From: Vicinamibacterales bacterium
GTDB taxonomy: Bacteria; Acidobacteriota; Vicinamibacteria; Vicinamibacterales; UBA8438
Assembly (NCBI GenBank): GCA_963665465.1
Contig: OY762226.1
Location: 5,713,612-5,777,611, forward strand
DNA: 64,000 nucleotides
Direction: 5' to 3'
Positions 1-7,688 of the stretch are shown here, one piece after another. The notes beneath the pieces were generated by a model. The model saw only the letters and a list, made by a program, of their open reading frames with translations, did not search any database and was not told where the DNA came from. A program made the position numbers and the translations under genes. Positions within the stretch are counted from its first letter, which is position 1. Every line of letters begins with the position of its first letter.

Positions 1-662
1 ACGAGCGGCTCGCCCGGCACTACGACGTGCCGAACGTGTACGGCGACCACTTCCGGCGCGTGGGGCTGGGCGCCGACAGCCGGCGGGCCGGCCTGCTGGG
101 GCACGGCAGCATCCTGACGGTCACCTCGTACGCAACGCGCACCTCGCCGGTGCTGCGCGGCAAATGGGTGCTGGAGAACCTCCTGGGCATGCCCCCGCCG
201 CCCCCGCCGCCCGACGTGCCGCCGCTCGACGAAGGCGGAACGGGCGGGGCGGCGCTGTCCATGCGCGAGCGGATGGCGCAGCACCGCGGGAACCCCGCGT
301 GCGCGGCCTGCCATCAGATGATGGATCCGGCCGGCCTCGCCATGGAGAACTTCGACGCGGTCGGTCGCTGGCGGGCGCGCGACGAGAGCTGGCGGGCGAT
401 CGACGCCTCCGGCAGCCTGCCGGGCGGCGGGGAGTTCGATGGGGTCGCCGGCCTGCGGCAGGCGCTGCTGGCGCGCCCGGACCTGTTCGTGCGGACCCTG
501 ACGGAGAAGCTGCTGACGTTCGCGCTGGGGCGCGGCGTGGATCACGCCGACGCGCCGGCCGTGCGGCAGATCCTGCGCGAGACCGCGCGGGACGACAATC
601 GCTTCTCGTCGCTCGTGTCGGCGATCGTCAAGAGTACGCCGTTCCAGATGCGGAGGTCGTAA
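1..662 (+). CDS. DUF1588/DUF1592-family heme-binding protein, C-terminal part (5' end outside window)
   Basis: The frame is open from the window edge. It reads LARHYDVPNVYGDHFRRV, TSPVLRGKWVLENLLG, a poly-Pro linker PPPPPPPPDVPPL, and a CAACH heme-c type motif, which is the typical C-terminal architecture of planctomycete/acidobacterial DUF1592-DUF1588 proteins. Confidence 0.85.
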   Translation, partial: ERLARHYDVPNVYGDHFRRVGLGADSRRAGLLGHGSILTVTSYATRTSPVLRGKWVLENLLGMPPPPPPPDVPPLDEGGTGGAALSMRERMAQHRGNPACAACHQMMDPAGLAMENFDAVGRWRARDESWRAIDASGSLPGGGEFDGVAGLRQALLARPDLFVRTLTEKLLTFALGRGVDHADAPAVRQILRETARDDNRFSSLVSAIVKSTPFQMRRS

Positions 663-1996
663 TGATCGTAACGAAGATGGCGTTGCCGCGGCGGACGTTC
701 CTGCGAGGGCTCGGTGCGACGTGCGCGCTGCCGCTGCTCGATGCCATGGTGCCGGCGCTGAGCGCGGCGCCGCGGCCGGCCCGCCGCCTGGGTTACGTCT
801 TCATCCCGATGGGGATGAACCCGGCGCCGTGGATTCCCGAGACGGACGGACGCCTCACGGAGCTGTCGCCGTCGCTCGCGGCGCTCACGCCGCACCTCGA
901 CGACCTGACCGTGGTGACCAACCTGGAGCTGCGCAACGCCTACTCGGCCGGCAACCACGCGTCGTCGAACGCGGCCTTCCTGAGCTGCGTGCGCGGCAAG
1001 CGCACGGAAGGCAGCGACTACCAGCTCGGCACGACCGTCGATCAGATCGTCGCCAGGGCGGTGGGCCGCGAGACCGTGATCCCGTCGCTGGAGCTCGGCA
1101 CCGACCTGATAGCGCAGGTGGGCAACTGCGACAATGGCTTCGCCTGCGTCTACATGAACTGCCTGTCGTGGTCGTCGCCGACGACGCCGCTGCCGCCGGA
1201 GGCCGATCCGCGCGCGGTGTTCGAGCGTCTGTTCGGCGACGGCGGCACGCCGCAGGAGCGGCAGGCCGAGCTGCGGGCCAACGCCAGCATCCTCGACTGG
1301 GTGCTCGACGACATGGCGCGCCTGCGGTCGCGCCTCGGGGCCGGCGACCGCGCCAGGGTCGGCGACTACCTGGAAACGGTGCGCGAGGTCGAGCGCCGCA
1401 TCCAGCGCGCGGAGCAGCACGCCGCCGCGTCGCCGGCCACGGCGCTCGAGCGCCCGACCAGCGTCCCGGACTCGTGGGAGGAGCACGTCAAGCTGATGTT
1501 CGATCTGCAGGTGCTGGCGCTGCAGACCGATCTGACCCGGGTCATCACGTTCCAGCTGGCCCGCGAGGCGAGCACCCGGACCTATCCCCAGATCGGCGTG
1601 GCCGAGCCGCACCATCCGGTGTCGCACCACGTCAACGATCCCGAGAAGCTCACCAAGCTGGCCAAGATCAACGCCTATCACGCGTCGCTGTTCGCCTATC
1701 TGCTCGGACGGCTGCGCGCCACCGAGGACGGCGACGGGTCGCTGCTCGATCACACGACGTACCTGTACGGCAGCGGCATGGGCAACCCGAACGTGCACGA
1801 TCACAGCAACCTGCCGATCGTCGTTGCGCGCGGCGGGGCCGGGGGCGCAAGGGGCGGCTGGCACCTCCGCTACGCCGAGCCGACGCCGCTGGCCAACCTG
1901 CATCTGGCGCTGCTCGACCACATGGGCGTCCACCTGGACAGCTTCGTGGACAGCACCGGCCGGGCCGGCGCGGTCCTCGAGCCCCTGACGTTGTAG
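662..1996 (+). CDS. DUF1552 domain-containing protein (TAT-signal)
   Basis: ATG 662 overlaps the upstream stop (TAATG). A twin-arginine-like signal MALPRRTFLRGLGATCALPLL is present. This is the conserved partner gene encoded directly after DUF1588 proteins. The 164 start in the ORF track is a shadow-frame extension through the upstream gene. Confidence 0.85.
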   Translation: MIVTKMALPRRTFLRGLGATCALPLLDAMVPALSAAPRPARRLGYVFIPMGMNPAPWIPETDGRLTELSPSLAALTPHLDDLTVVTNLELRNAYSAGNHASSNAAFLSCVRGKRTEGSDYQLGTTVDQIVARAVGRETVIPSLELGTDLIAQVGNCDNGFACVYMNCLSWSSPTTPLPPEADPRAVFERLFGDGGTPQERQAELRANASILDWVLDDMARLRSRLGAGDRARVGDYLETVREVERRIQRAEQHAAASPATALERPTSVPDSWEEHVKLMFDLQVLALQTDLTRVITFQLAREASTRTYPQIGVAEPHHPVSHHVNDPEKLTKLAKINAYHASLFAYLLGRLRATEDGDGSLLDHTTYLYGSGMGNPNVHDHSNLPIVVARGGAGGARGGWHLRYAEPTPLANLHLALLDHMGVHLDSFVDSTGRAGAVLEPLTL

Positions 1997-2015
1997 CCGG
2001 CCGCGGAGGTCATTC

Positions 2016-3500
2016 ATGGAGTGGAGGGTCTGCCCGACCGTCGCCGTGGTGCTGGCGCTGCTGGCCGGCGCCGCCCCGAGCGCCGCGCCCGATGCGCGGC
2101 TGGTCGACGCAGTCAGGCGCGCCGACGAGGCAGCCGTGCGGGCGCTGCTTGCGGAGCGGGTCGATCCCGACACGGCCGAGGCCGACGGCAGCACGCCGCT
2201 GCACTGGGCGGTGCACCATGACCAGCTCGGCATCGCAGAGCTGCTGATCCGCGCCGGCGCGCGGGCGACGGCCGCCAACCGCTACGGCGTGCAACCGCTG
2301 CCGCTGGCCTGCATCAACGGCAATGCCGCGATGGTCGAGCTGCTGCTCGACGCCGGCGCCGACCCGGACACGGTGCTGGCGGATGGCGAGACCGCACTGA
2401 TGACGGCAGCCCGCACCGGTGTGGTCGAGGTCGTGAACCTGCTGCTGGCGCGCGGGGCCGACGTCAACGCGGCCGAGTCGTGGCGGGGGCAGACGGCGCT
2501 GATGTGGGCGGCGGCGGAAGGCAACGCGGAGGTCGTGGCGGCGCTGCTCGCGCACGGTGCGGACGTCGGCGCGGCTTCGCAGGGCGGCTTCACCCCGTTG
2601 CTGTTCGCGGCCCGCGAGGGGCGGATCGACGTGGCCGAGCTGCTGCTCGACGCCGGCGCCAGCCTGGACGATTCGCTGTCGATCAACTCCGACCGCACGG
2701 CCGGGGGCGTGGAGATGGCGCGCGCCTCCAGCGAGGGTCTCGACGCCTTCCTGCTGGCGGTGGGGAGCGCGCACTTCGAGCTGGCGGCGCGGCTGCTGGA
2801 GCGCGGGGCGGATCCCGACGCGGCCCCGCGCGGGTGGACCGCGCTGCACCAGTTGTCGTGGGTGCGGAAGACGGGAGACTCCGGCAGCAACGATCCGCCG
2901 CCCGCGGGCTCGGGCGGCATGGACAGCCTCGACCTCGTCCGGCTGCTGGCGGCCAAGGGGGCGGATCTCGACGCGCGCGTCACGCTGAAGCCGCCGGCCG
3001 GCATCACCGCGTTGAACATGGTGGGCGGCACCCCGTTCCTGCTCGCGGCCCGCACCGCGGACGCCGAGCTGATGAGCCTGCTGGCCGAGCTGGGCGCCGA
3101 CCCGTTGCTGGCCAACGAGGACAACACCACGCCGCTGATGGTGGCCGCGGGCGTGGGCACCCAGTCCCCGGGCGAAGATCCCGGCACCGAGCCGGAGGTG
3201 CTCGAGGCCGTCAAGGTGGCGCTGGCGCTGGGCGGCGAGCTGGACGCCGTGGACGACAACGGCGAGACGGCCATGCACGGGGCCGCCTACAAGCATCTTC
3301 CCGGCGTCGTGACCTTCCTGGCCGACCAGGGCGCGCGGACCGAGGTCTGGAATCGGGAGAATGCCAGGGGCTGGACGCCGTGGCGGATCGTCGCCGGCGT
3401 CCAGCGCGGCGCCAACATCGTCAGCTCGCCCGAGACTGAAGCGGCCGTGAGTGCCGTGATGGCGCGCGCCGGCGTCGCGCCGCCCGACGACCTGCCCTGA
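2016..3500 (+). CDS. Ankyrin-repeat protein, secreted
   Basis: GGAGG lies 6 nt upstream of the ATG and there is an N-terminal signal peptide. Repeated ankyrin units are visible (GSTPLHWAVHHDQLGIAELLIRAGA, GETALMTAARTGVVEVVNLLLARGADVN, GQTALMWAAAEGNAEVVAALLAHGADV, GFTPLLFAAREGRIDVAELLLDAGA and more). Confidence 0.85.
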   Translation: MEWRVCPTVAVVLALLAGAAPSAAPDARLVDAVRRADEAAVRALLAERVDPDTAEADGSTPLHWAVHHDQLGIAELLIRAGARATAANRYGVQPLPLACINGNAAMVELLLDAGADPDTVLADGETALMTAARTGVVEVVNLLLARGADVNAAESWRGQTALMWAAAEGNAEVVAALLAHGADVGAASQGGFTPLLFAAREGRIDVAELLLDAGASLDDSLSINSDRTAGGVEMARASSEGLDAFLLAVGSAHFELAARLLERGADPDAAPRGWTALHQLSWVRKTGDSGSNDPPPAGSGGMDSLDLVRLLAAKGADLDARVTLKPPAGITALNMVGGTPFLLAARTADAELMSLLAELGADPLLANEDNTTPLMVAAGVGTQSPGEDPGTEPEVLEAVKVALALGGELDAVDDNGETAMHGAAYKHLPGVVTFLADQGARTEVWNRENARGWTPWRIVAGVQRGANIVSSPETEAAVSAVMARAGVAPPDDLP

Positions 3501-3598
3501 CGCCGGGCGGCGATTCCTCTCCTCCGTTCTGCCGGTTGGTGGTCTGGTCCGGGACGATGGCCCGGGACCGCCGGGCCGGTGGCGGGTGCGGCATGGGC

Positions 3599-3604
3599 TA
3601 TAGT
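3599..3604 (+). promoter_or_regulatory. -10-like hexamer TATAGT ending 5 nt before the ATG of the PIG-L gene (leaderless candidate)
   Basis: An isolated AT-rich hexamer stands out in GC-rich DNA. There is no Shine-Dalgarno sequence between it and ATG 3610. Confidence 0.35.
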
Positions 3605-3609
3605 GCTGC

Positions 3610-4365
3610 ATGCCGGCGCCGCGCATACTCCTGATCTTCGCGCATCCGGACGACGAGAGCTTCATCGCCGGGGGGTTGGTGCGCCGTCATGCCGACCGCG
3701 GTGGCGAGACGGTGCTCGTGACGGCGACGCACGGCGACGCCGGACGCGTCGGCGACCCGCCGGTCTGCCGCCGGGAGGAGTTGTCGGCGGTGCGTGAGGC
3801 CGAGTTGCGGCAGGCTGCCGGCATCCTCGGCATCGCGGACGTGCGCCTGCTCGATTATCGGGACAAGCACCTCGGCGAGGCGCCGGCCGCCGGTATCCGC
3901 GACGCCCTGGTCCGACGCATCCGCGAGCATCGGCCGCACGTGGTGATCAGCTTCGATCCCGCCGGCATGAACGGCCATGCCGACCATGTCGCGATCGCGC
4001 GCTTCGCGATCGACGCCGTCGCGGCGGCGGCCGATCCCCGCTGGGCCGACGCGGCAGGCGAGCCCTACCGCGTCCCGCGACTGCTCTGGAACGCGCCCGT
4101 TCCGCCGTGGGAGGTGACCCGGCCGCGCACCCTGGGCACGGAGCCGGGCGTCGACTTCGTGATCGACGTGGCGCCGCAGCGGGCCGCGAAGGCGGCCGCG
4201 CTGCGGGCGCATCGCACGCAGCACGTCCCGATCGAGCGCTGCTTCTTCAGCAAGCCGGACGTGGACCGGATCCTGGGGATCGAGGCATTCAGGCAGGCGT
4301 GGGGTCCGGCCCTGGCGCGGGTGCCCGCGGACGACGTGCTGGCCGGCATCGATCTGTCGGAGTGA
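3610..4365 (+). CDS. PIG-L/LmbE-family N-acetylglucosaminyl deacetylase
   Basis: The N-terminal ILLIFAHPDDESFIAGG motif and the downstream HGDAG and HxDH (HADHVAIA) motifs are characteristic of PIG-L (LmbE/MshB/BshB-like) zinc deacetylases. Confidence 0.85.
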   Translation: MPAPRILLIFAHPDDESFIAGGLVRRHADRGGETVLVTATHGDAGRVGDPPVCRREELSAVREAELRQAAGILGIADVRLLDYRDKHLGEAPAAGIRDALVRRIREHRPHVVISFDPAGMNGHADHVAIARFAIDAVAAAADPRWADAAGEPYRVPRLLWNAPVPPWEVTRPRTLGTEPGVDFVIDVAPQRAAKAAALRAHRTQHVPIERCFFSKPDVDRILGIEAFRQAWGPALARVPADDVLAGIDLSE

Positions 4366-4453
4366 CGACATGCACTATCTCCATCCGGCCGTCGCCATCA
4401 CGCCGGAGGTGGTCGCCACTACGGCCCTCGAGTCGACCGAAAGGAGAACGGCG

Positions 4454-5401
4454 ATGACCCGCGCGCTGGTCGTGTTCACGGGTGCCGTGCTGACGCTCGC
4501 GCCGGGATGGACGGCGGCGCAGCCGGCCGACGATGCCGACGTGCCGCGCACGGCGTGGGGGCGGCCGGCCCTGGGCGGCGTCTGGGTCAACGGCGCCACG
4601 ACGCCGCTCGAGCGTCCGGAACAGTTCGGCGACCGGGAGTTCCTCGCGGAAGGCGAGGAGGAAGAGCTGCGGCGGCTGACTGTTCCGGACCGGCTCGGAC
4701 CGATCACGGACGAGGAGCGCGCGCTGGCCGTCGAGGGCGGGCCGGCCTGGCTCGAGCGCGGGACGCTCAGCGGGCGGACGTCGCTGGTCACCGGCCCGAC
4801 CGGCAGGATCCCGCCGCTCACCGCGGCTGCGCGCGAGCGCCTTGCCTCCGGCCTCAACCAGTTCCTCACCGAGCGGGCGGATTCCCACGAGGACCGGGGC
4901 TACAGCGAGCGCTGCCTGCGCTTCGTCAGCGGCGGTCCGCCGATGATGGCGTTCGGCATCGCGAACGTCCACCAGATATTCCAGACCCCGGACCATGTCG
5001 CGTTCCTTCACGAGGAAGGCCACGTCATCCGGATCATCCACCTCAATGAACGACCGCGCATCGACCCCCGCATCAGGCTCTGGAGCGGCGACTCGCGGGG
5101 CCGCTGGGAGGGCGATACGCTGGTCGTCGAGACGACGAACTTCAACGGTGTCGACGGGTTTCGCGGCTCGGGCCCGGCATTGCACCTCACCGAGTGGCTG
5201 ACGCGGGTGGACGACGCGACGCTCCTGTACCGGTTCACGGTCGAGGACCCGGAGACGTGGACGGAGCCGTGGTCGGTCGAGATGCCGCTGCGGGTGTCGG
5301 CGGGATTGCTGTACGAGCACGCGTGCCACGAAGGCAACTACAGCCTGGTGAACATACTGCGCGGGGCGCGGGTGCAGGAGCGCGCCGCGGAGGCGCATTG
5401 A
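4454..5401 (+). CDS. Secreted protein, unnamed paralog family copy P1 (WEGDTLVVETTNF / ACHEGNY motifs)
   Basis: AAGGAGA RBS precedes ATG 4454. Signal peptide is MTRALVVFTGAVLTLAPGWTAAQ. Family motifs are PRTAWGRPALGGVW, TPLERP, GRTSLV, ERCL, QIFQTPDHV, GDSRGRWEGDTLVVETTNF and YEHACHEGNY. It is strongly conserved with seven other copies in the window. Confidence 0.85.
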   Translation: MTRALVVFTGAVLTLAPGWTAAQPADDADVPRTAWGRPALGGVWVNGATTPLERPEQFGDREFLAEGEEEELRRLTVPDRLGPITDEERALAVEGGPAWLERGTLSGRTSLVTGPTGRIPPLTAAARERLASGLNQFLTERADSHEDRGYSERCLRFVSGGPPMMAFGIANVHQIFQTPDHVAFLHEEGHVIRIIHLNERPRIDPRIRLWSGDSRGRWEGDTLVVETTNFNGVDGFRGSGPALHLTEWLTRVDDATLLYRFTVEDPETWTEPWSVEMPLRVSAGLLYEHACHEGNYSLVNILRGARVQERAAEAH

Positions 5402-5473
5402 AACGCGGACGTGGATCCTCGGCAATCGGAGCCGCAGGCGACGATTGCCGGGCTATCGACGAGGAGGAGTGCG

Positions 5474-6442
5474 ATGACACGGGCGATTGCAGCGTTGGCG
5501 GGTGTTCTGCTGGTGCTCGCGCCAGCCGCGGCGGCGGCGCAGGCCGGCGGTGGGGAGACGTGGCGGACGGCATGGGGCGATCCCGACCTGCAGGGTACGT
5601 GGACGAACACCACCACGACGCCCATGGAGCGTCCGAGCGAGTACGAGGGGCGGACGGCGCTGACCGACGAGGAGCGCGCCGAGCTGGACGCCCGGGCCGC
5701 GAGCCGCCGGGACCGCGAGCCGCCGCCCGGCAGCACGGGCGCGTACAACAGCTTCTGGGTCGAGAGCGGGCTGCGGTCCACCCAGACGTCGCTCGTGGTC
5801 GATCCGCCCGACGGACAGCTCCCCGCACTGACCGACCGCGTGCGCGAGCGGGACGCCGCGGTGGCCGCGTCGCGCAACGCCGCACCCGACTCGTACACCG
5901 ACCTGAACCTGTACGACCGGTGCATCACGCGCGGCCTGCCGGGCGCGATGATTCCCGGTTTCTACAACCACAACTACCAGATCTTCCAGACGCCCGACCA
6001 CGTCGTGATCCTGGTCGAGATGATCCACGACGCGCGCATCATCCCGCTGGACGGCCGGTCGCATGTGCCCGAGGGCGTCGGCCAGTGGCTGGGCGACTCG
6101 CGCGCCCGCTGGGAAGGCGAGACGCTGGTGGTCGAGACCACCAACTTCAGCCCCCGGGCGGACGAGCGGGCTGTCAGCGGACCGCTGCACCTCGTGCTGG
6201 CGTCGGGCGCGCAGCTCCACCTCGTCGAGCGCTTCACGCGCGTGGACGCGGACACCATCGACTACCGGTTCACCGTCAACGACCCGCAGACGTACGCGCA
6301 GCCGTGGACGGCGTCCATCCCGATGAGCCGCATCGACGGGCCGCTGTTCGAGTACGCCTGCCACGAGGGCAACTACGGCCTGGAGAACATCCTGCGCGGC
6401 GCACGCAACCAGGAGCGCGCGGCCGCGGCCGGGTCGCGGTAG
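5474..6442 (+). CDS. Secreted protein, paralog family copy P2
   Basis: GAGGAGGAG RBS (5461-5469) precedes ATG 5474. Signal peptide, then WRTAWGDPDLQGTW, TPMERP, QTSLVVDPPDGQLP, DRCI, YQIFQTPDHVVILVEMIHDARIIPLDGRSH, GDSRARWEGETLVVETTNF and FEYACHEGNY. Confidence 0.85.
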   Translation: MTRAIAALAGVLLVLAPAAAAAQAGGGETWRTAWGDPDLQGTWTNTTTTPMERPSEYEGRTALTDEERAELDARAASRRDREPPPGSTGAYNSFWVESGLRSTQTSLVVDPPDGQLPALTDRVRERDAAVAASRNAAPDSYTDLNLYDRCITRGLPGAMIPGFYNHNYQIFQTPDHVVILVEMIHDARIIPLDGRSHVPEGVGQWLGDSRARWEGETLVVETTNFSPRADERAVSGPLHLVLASGAQLHLVERFTRVDADTIDYRFTVNDPQTYAQPWTASIPMSRIDGPLFEYACHEGNYGLENILRGARNQERAAAAGSR

Positions 6443-6513
6443 CGGCGCGGCGGCGGCCGCGCATCGGCAAGGACTGTGGGTCGGAACCGTTCGTCAGGAG
6501 GGAAGACGTGTCC

Positions 6514-7458
6514 ATGCGTCGAATGCTGCTCGTGCTGCTCGTGCTGCTGTTGCCGGTCCCGGGAGTGGCCCAGCCGGCGGAGACCGCCGACACGCCGCGC
6601 ACGCCGTGGGGCCGGCCGGCCCTCACCGGCGTGTGGACCAACTCGAGCCTGACGCCGCTGGAGCGTCCGGACGAGTACGGCGAGCGGGAGTTCCACACGG
6701 CGCCGGAGCTGGCCGAGCTGCAGCAGACCGCCGTCCAGCGGCGCATCGACGCCTTGCGCGGGCCGGAGGCCTTGCTGGCCGTCGAGTTCAGCGAGATCTG
6801 GATGGAGCCGGGCGCGCTGAGCGGCCGGACGTCGCTCATCACCGGGCCGACCGGGAAGATCCCGCCCTACACGCCCGAGGCCGAGGAGCGGCTGGCCGAC
6901 GGCCTCCGGCAGCCGATGACCCAGCGGGCCGACTCCCACGACGATCGGGGCTACAGCGAGCGCTGCCTGCGCTTCGTCACCGGCGGTCCGCCGATGATGG
7001 CGTTCCCGTTCGCGCCCCTCGTCCAGATCGTCCAGACCCCGGACCACGTGGTGATCCAGACCGAGGAGAACCACGAGATCCGCATCGTGCACCTCGACGA
7101 GCGGCCCCACGTCGATCAGCGGATCCGGCTGTGGCGCGGCGACTCGCGGGGCCGCTGGGAAGGCGACACCCTCGTCATCGAGACCACCAACTTCAACGGC
7201 ACGGGCGGGTTCCGGAACTCCGGCCCCGAGCTGCACCTCACCGAACGGCTGACGCGGGTGGACGCCGACACCATCCGCTACGAGTTCACGGCCGACGATC
7301 CGGGAACCTGGACGGAGCCGTGGTCCGCCGAGATGCCGCTGCGGGTCTCACCGGCGCCGATCTACGAGCACGCCTGCCACGAAGGCAACTACACCCTGCC
7401 GCTCGTCCTCAGCGGCGCCCGCGCCCAGGAGCGCAGGGCGGAGGAGGCGGCGAGGTAG
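6514..7458 (+). CDS. Secreted protein, paralog family copy P3
   Basis: GGAGG (6497-6501) lies upstream. Start is ATG 6514, with in-frame GTG 6508 as an alternative. Signal MRRMLLVLLVLLLPVPGVAQ. It is very similar to P1 (RADSHDDRGYSERCLRFVTGGPPMMAF, GDSRGRWEGDTLVIETTNF, YEHACHEGNY). The 5194 start in the ORF track is a shadow extension through P2. Confidence 0.85.
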   Translation: MRRMLLVLLVLLLPVPGVAQPAETADTPRTPWGRPALTGVWTNSSLTPLERPDEYGEREFHTAPELAELQQTAVQRRIDALRGPEALLAVEFSEIWMEPGALSGRTSLITGPTGKIPPYTPEAEERLADGLRQPMTQRADSHDDRGYSERCLRFVTGGPPMMAFPFAPLVQIVQTPDHVVIQTEENHEIRIVHLDERPHVDQRIRLWRGDSRGRWEGDTLVIETTNFNGTGGFRNSGPELHLTERLTRVDADTIRYEFTADDPGTWTEPWSAEMPLRVSPAPIYEHACHEGNYTLPLVLSGARAQERRAEEAAR

Positions 7459-7688
7459 TCGCGTCGCGGCGGAGGTGATGACGGTGGCGCGCGGAGGGTG
7501 CTCCAGACCCGGCTCACCCGCGTCAAGAACCGCGACCATCAACTGGCTGCGGCGACGAGAGCCGACCCTCGCGGTCGTTGCCGGGCGAGCCTCGCTCGTC
7601 GGCAAGAACTCGCCAGGCGAGGGACGCCGCCCCGCCCGCTGGCCCGCGCCGCGGACTGCGAGGGTGCAGTCCGCGGCGTGCCGTCGGC

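Noticed and set aside
189-215. CCG/CCC-rich run encoding PPPPPPPP, as a possible simple-sequence repeat or slippage tract.
   Set aside because: It is in frame inside the DUF1588 protein and corresponds to the conserved poly-proline linker (..PPPPPP.VP.L) typical of that family.
164-661. N-terminal 166-codon extension of the DUF1552 ORF in the track (start at 164).
   Set aside because: The extension runs through the well-supported DUF1588 coding frame and is low-complexity. A TAT-type signal peptide begins right after ATG 662, which overlaps the upstream stop.
542-2278. 578-aa minus-strand ORF antisense to the DUF1552 gene. Similar long antisense or off-frame ORFs occur throughout, e.g. 2010-3665, 13201-15483, 20340-22484, 38224-39996, 40639-42189, 42192-44426, 53548-55791 and 54864-57512.
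   Set aside because: Their translations are Arg/Ala/Gly/Pro-rich low-complexity sequence with no recognisable motifs. They lack RBS context and lie opposite or out of frame to genes with strong family signatures. They are the classic stop-codon-poor shadow frames of very GC-rich DNA.
5194-6513. 754-aa ORF (5194-7458) suggesting one giant protein across P2 and P3.
   Set aside because: Only the last ~315 codons carry the family motifs and a signal peptide preceded by GGAGG. The upstream part is an alternative frame of P1/P2.
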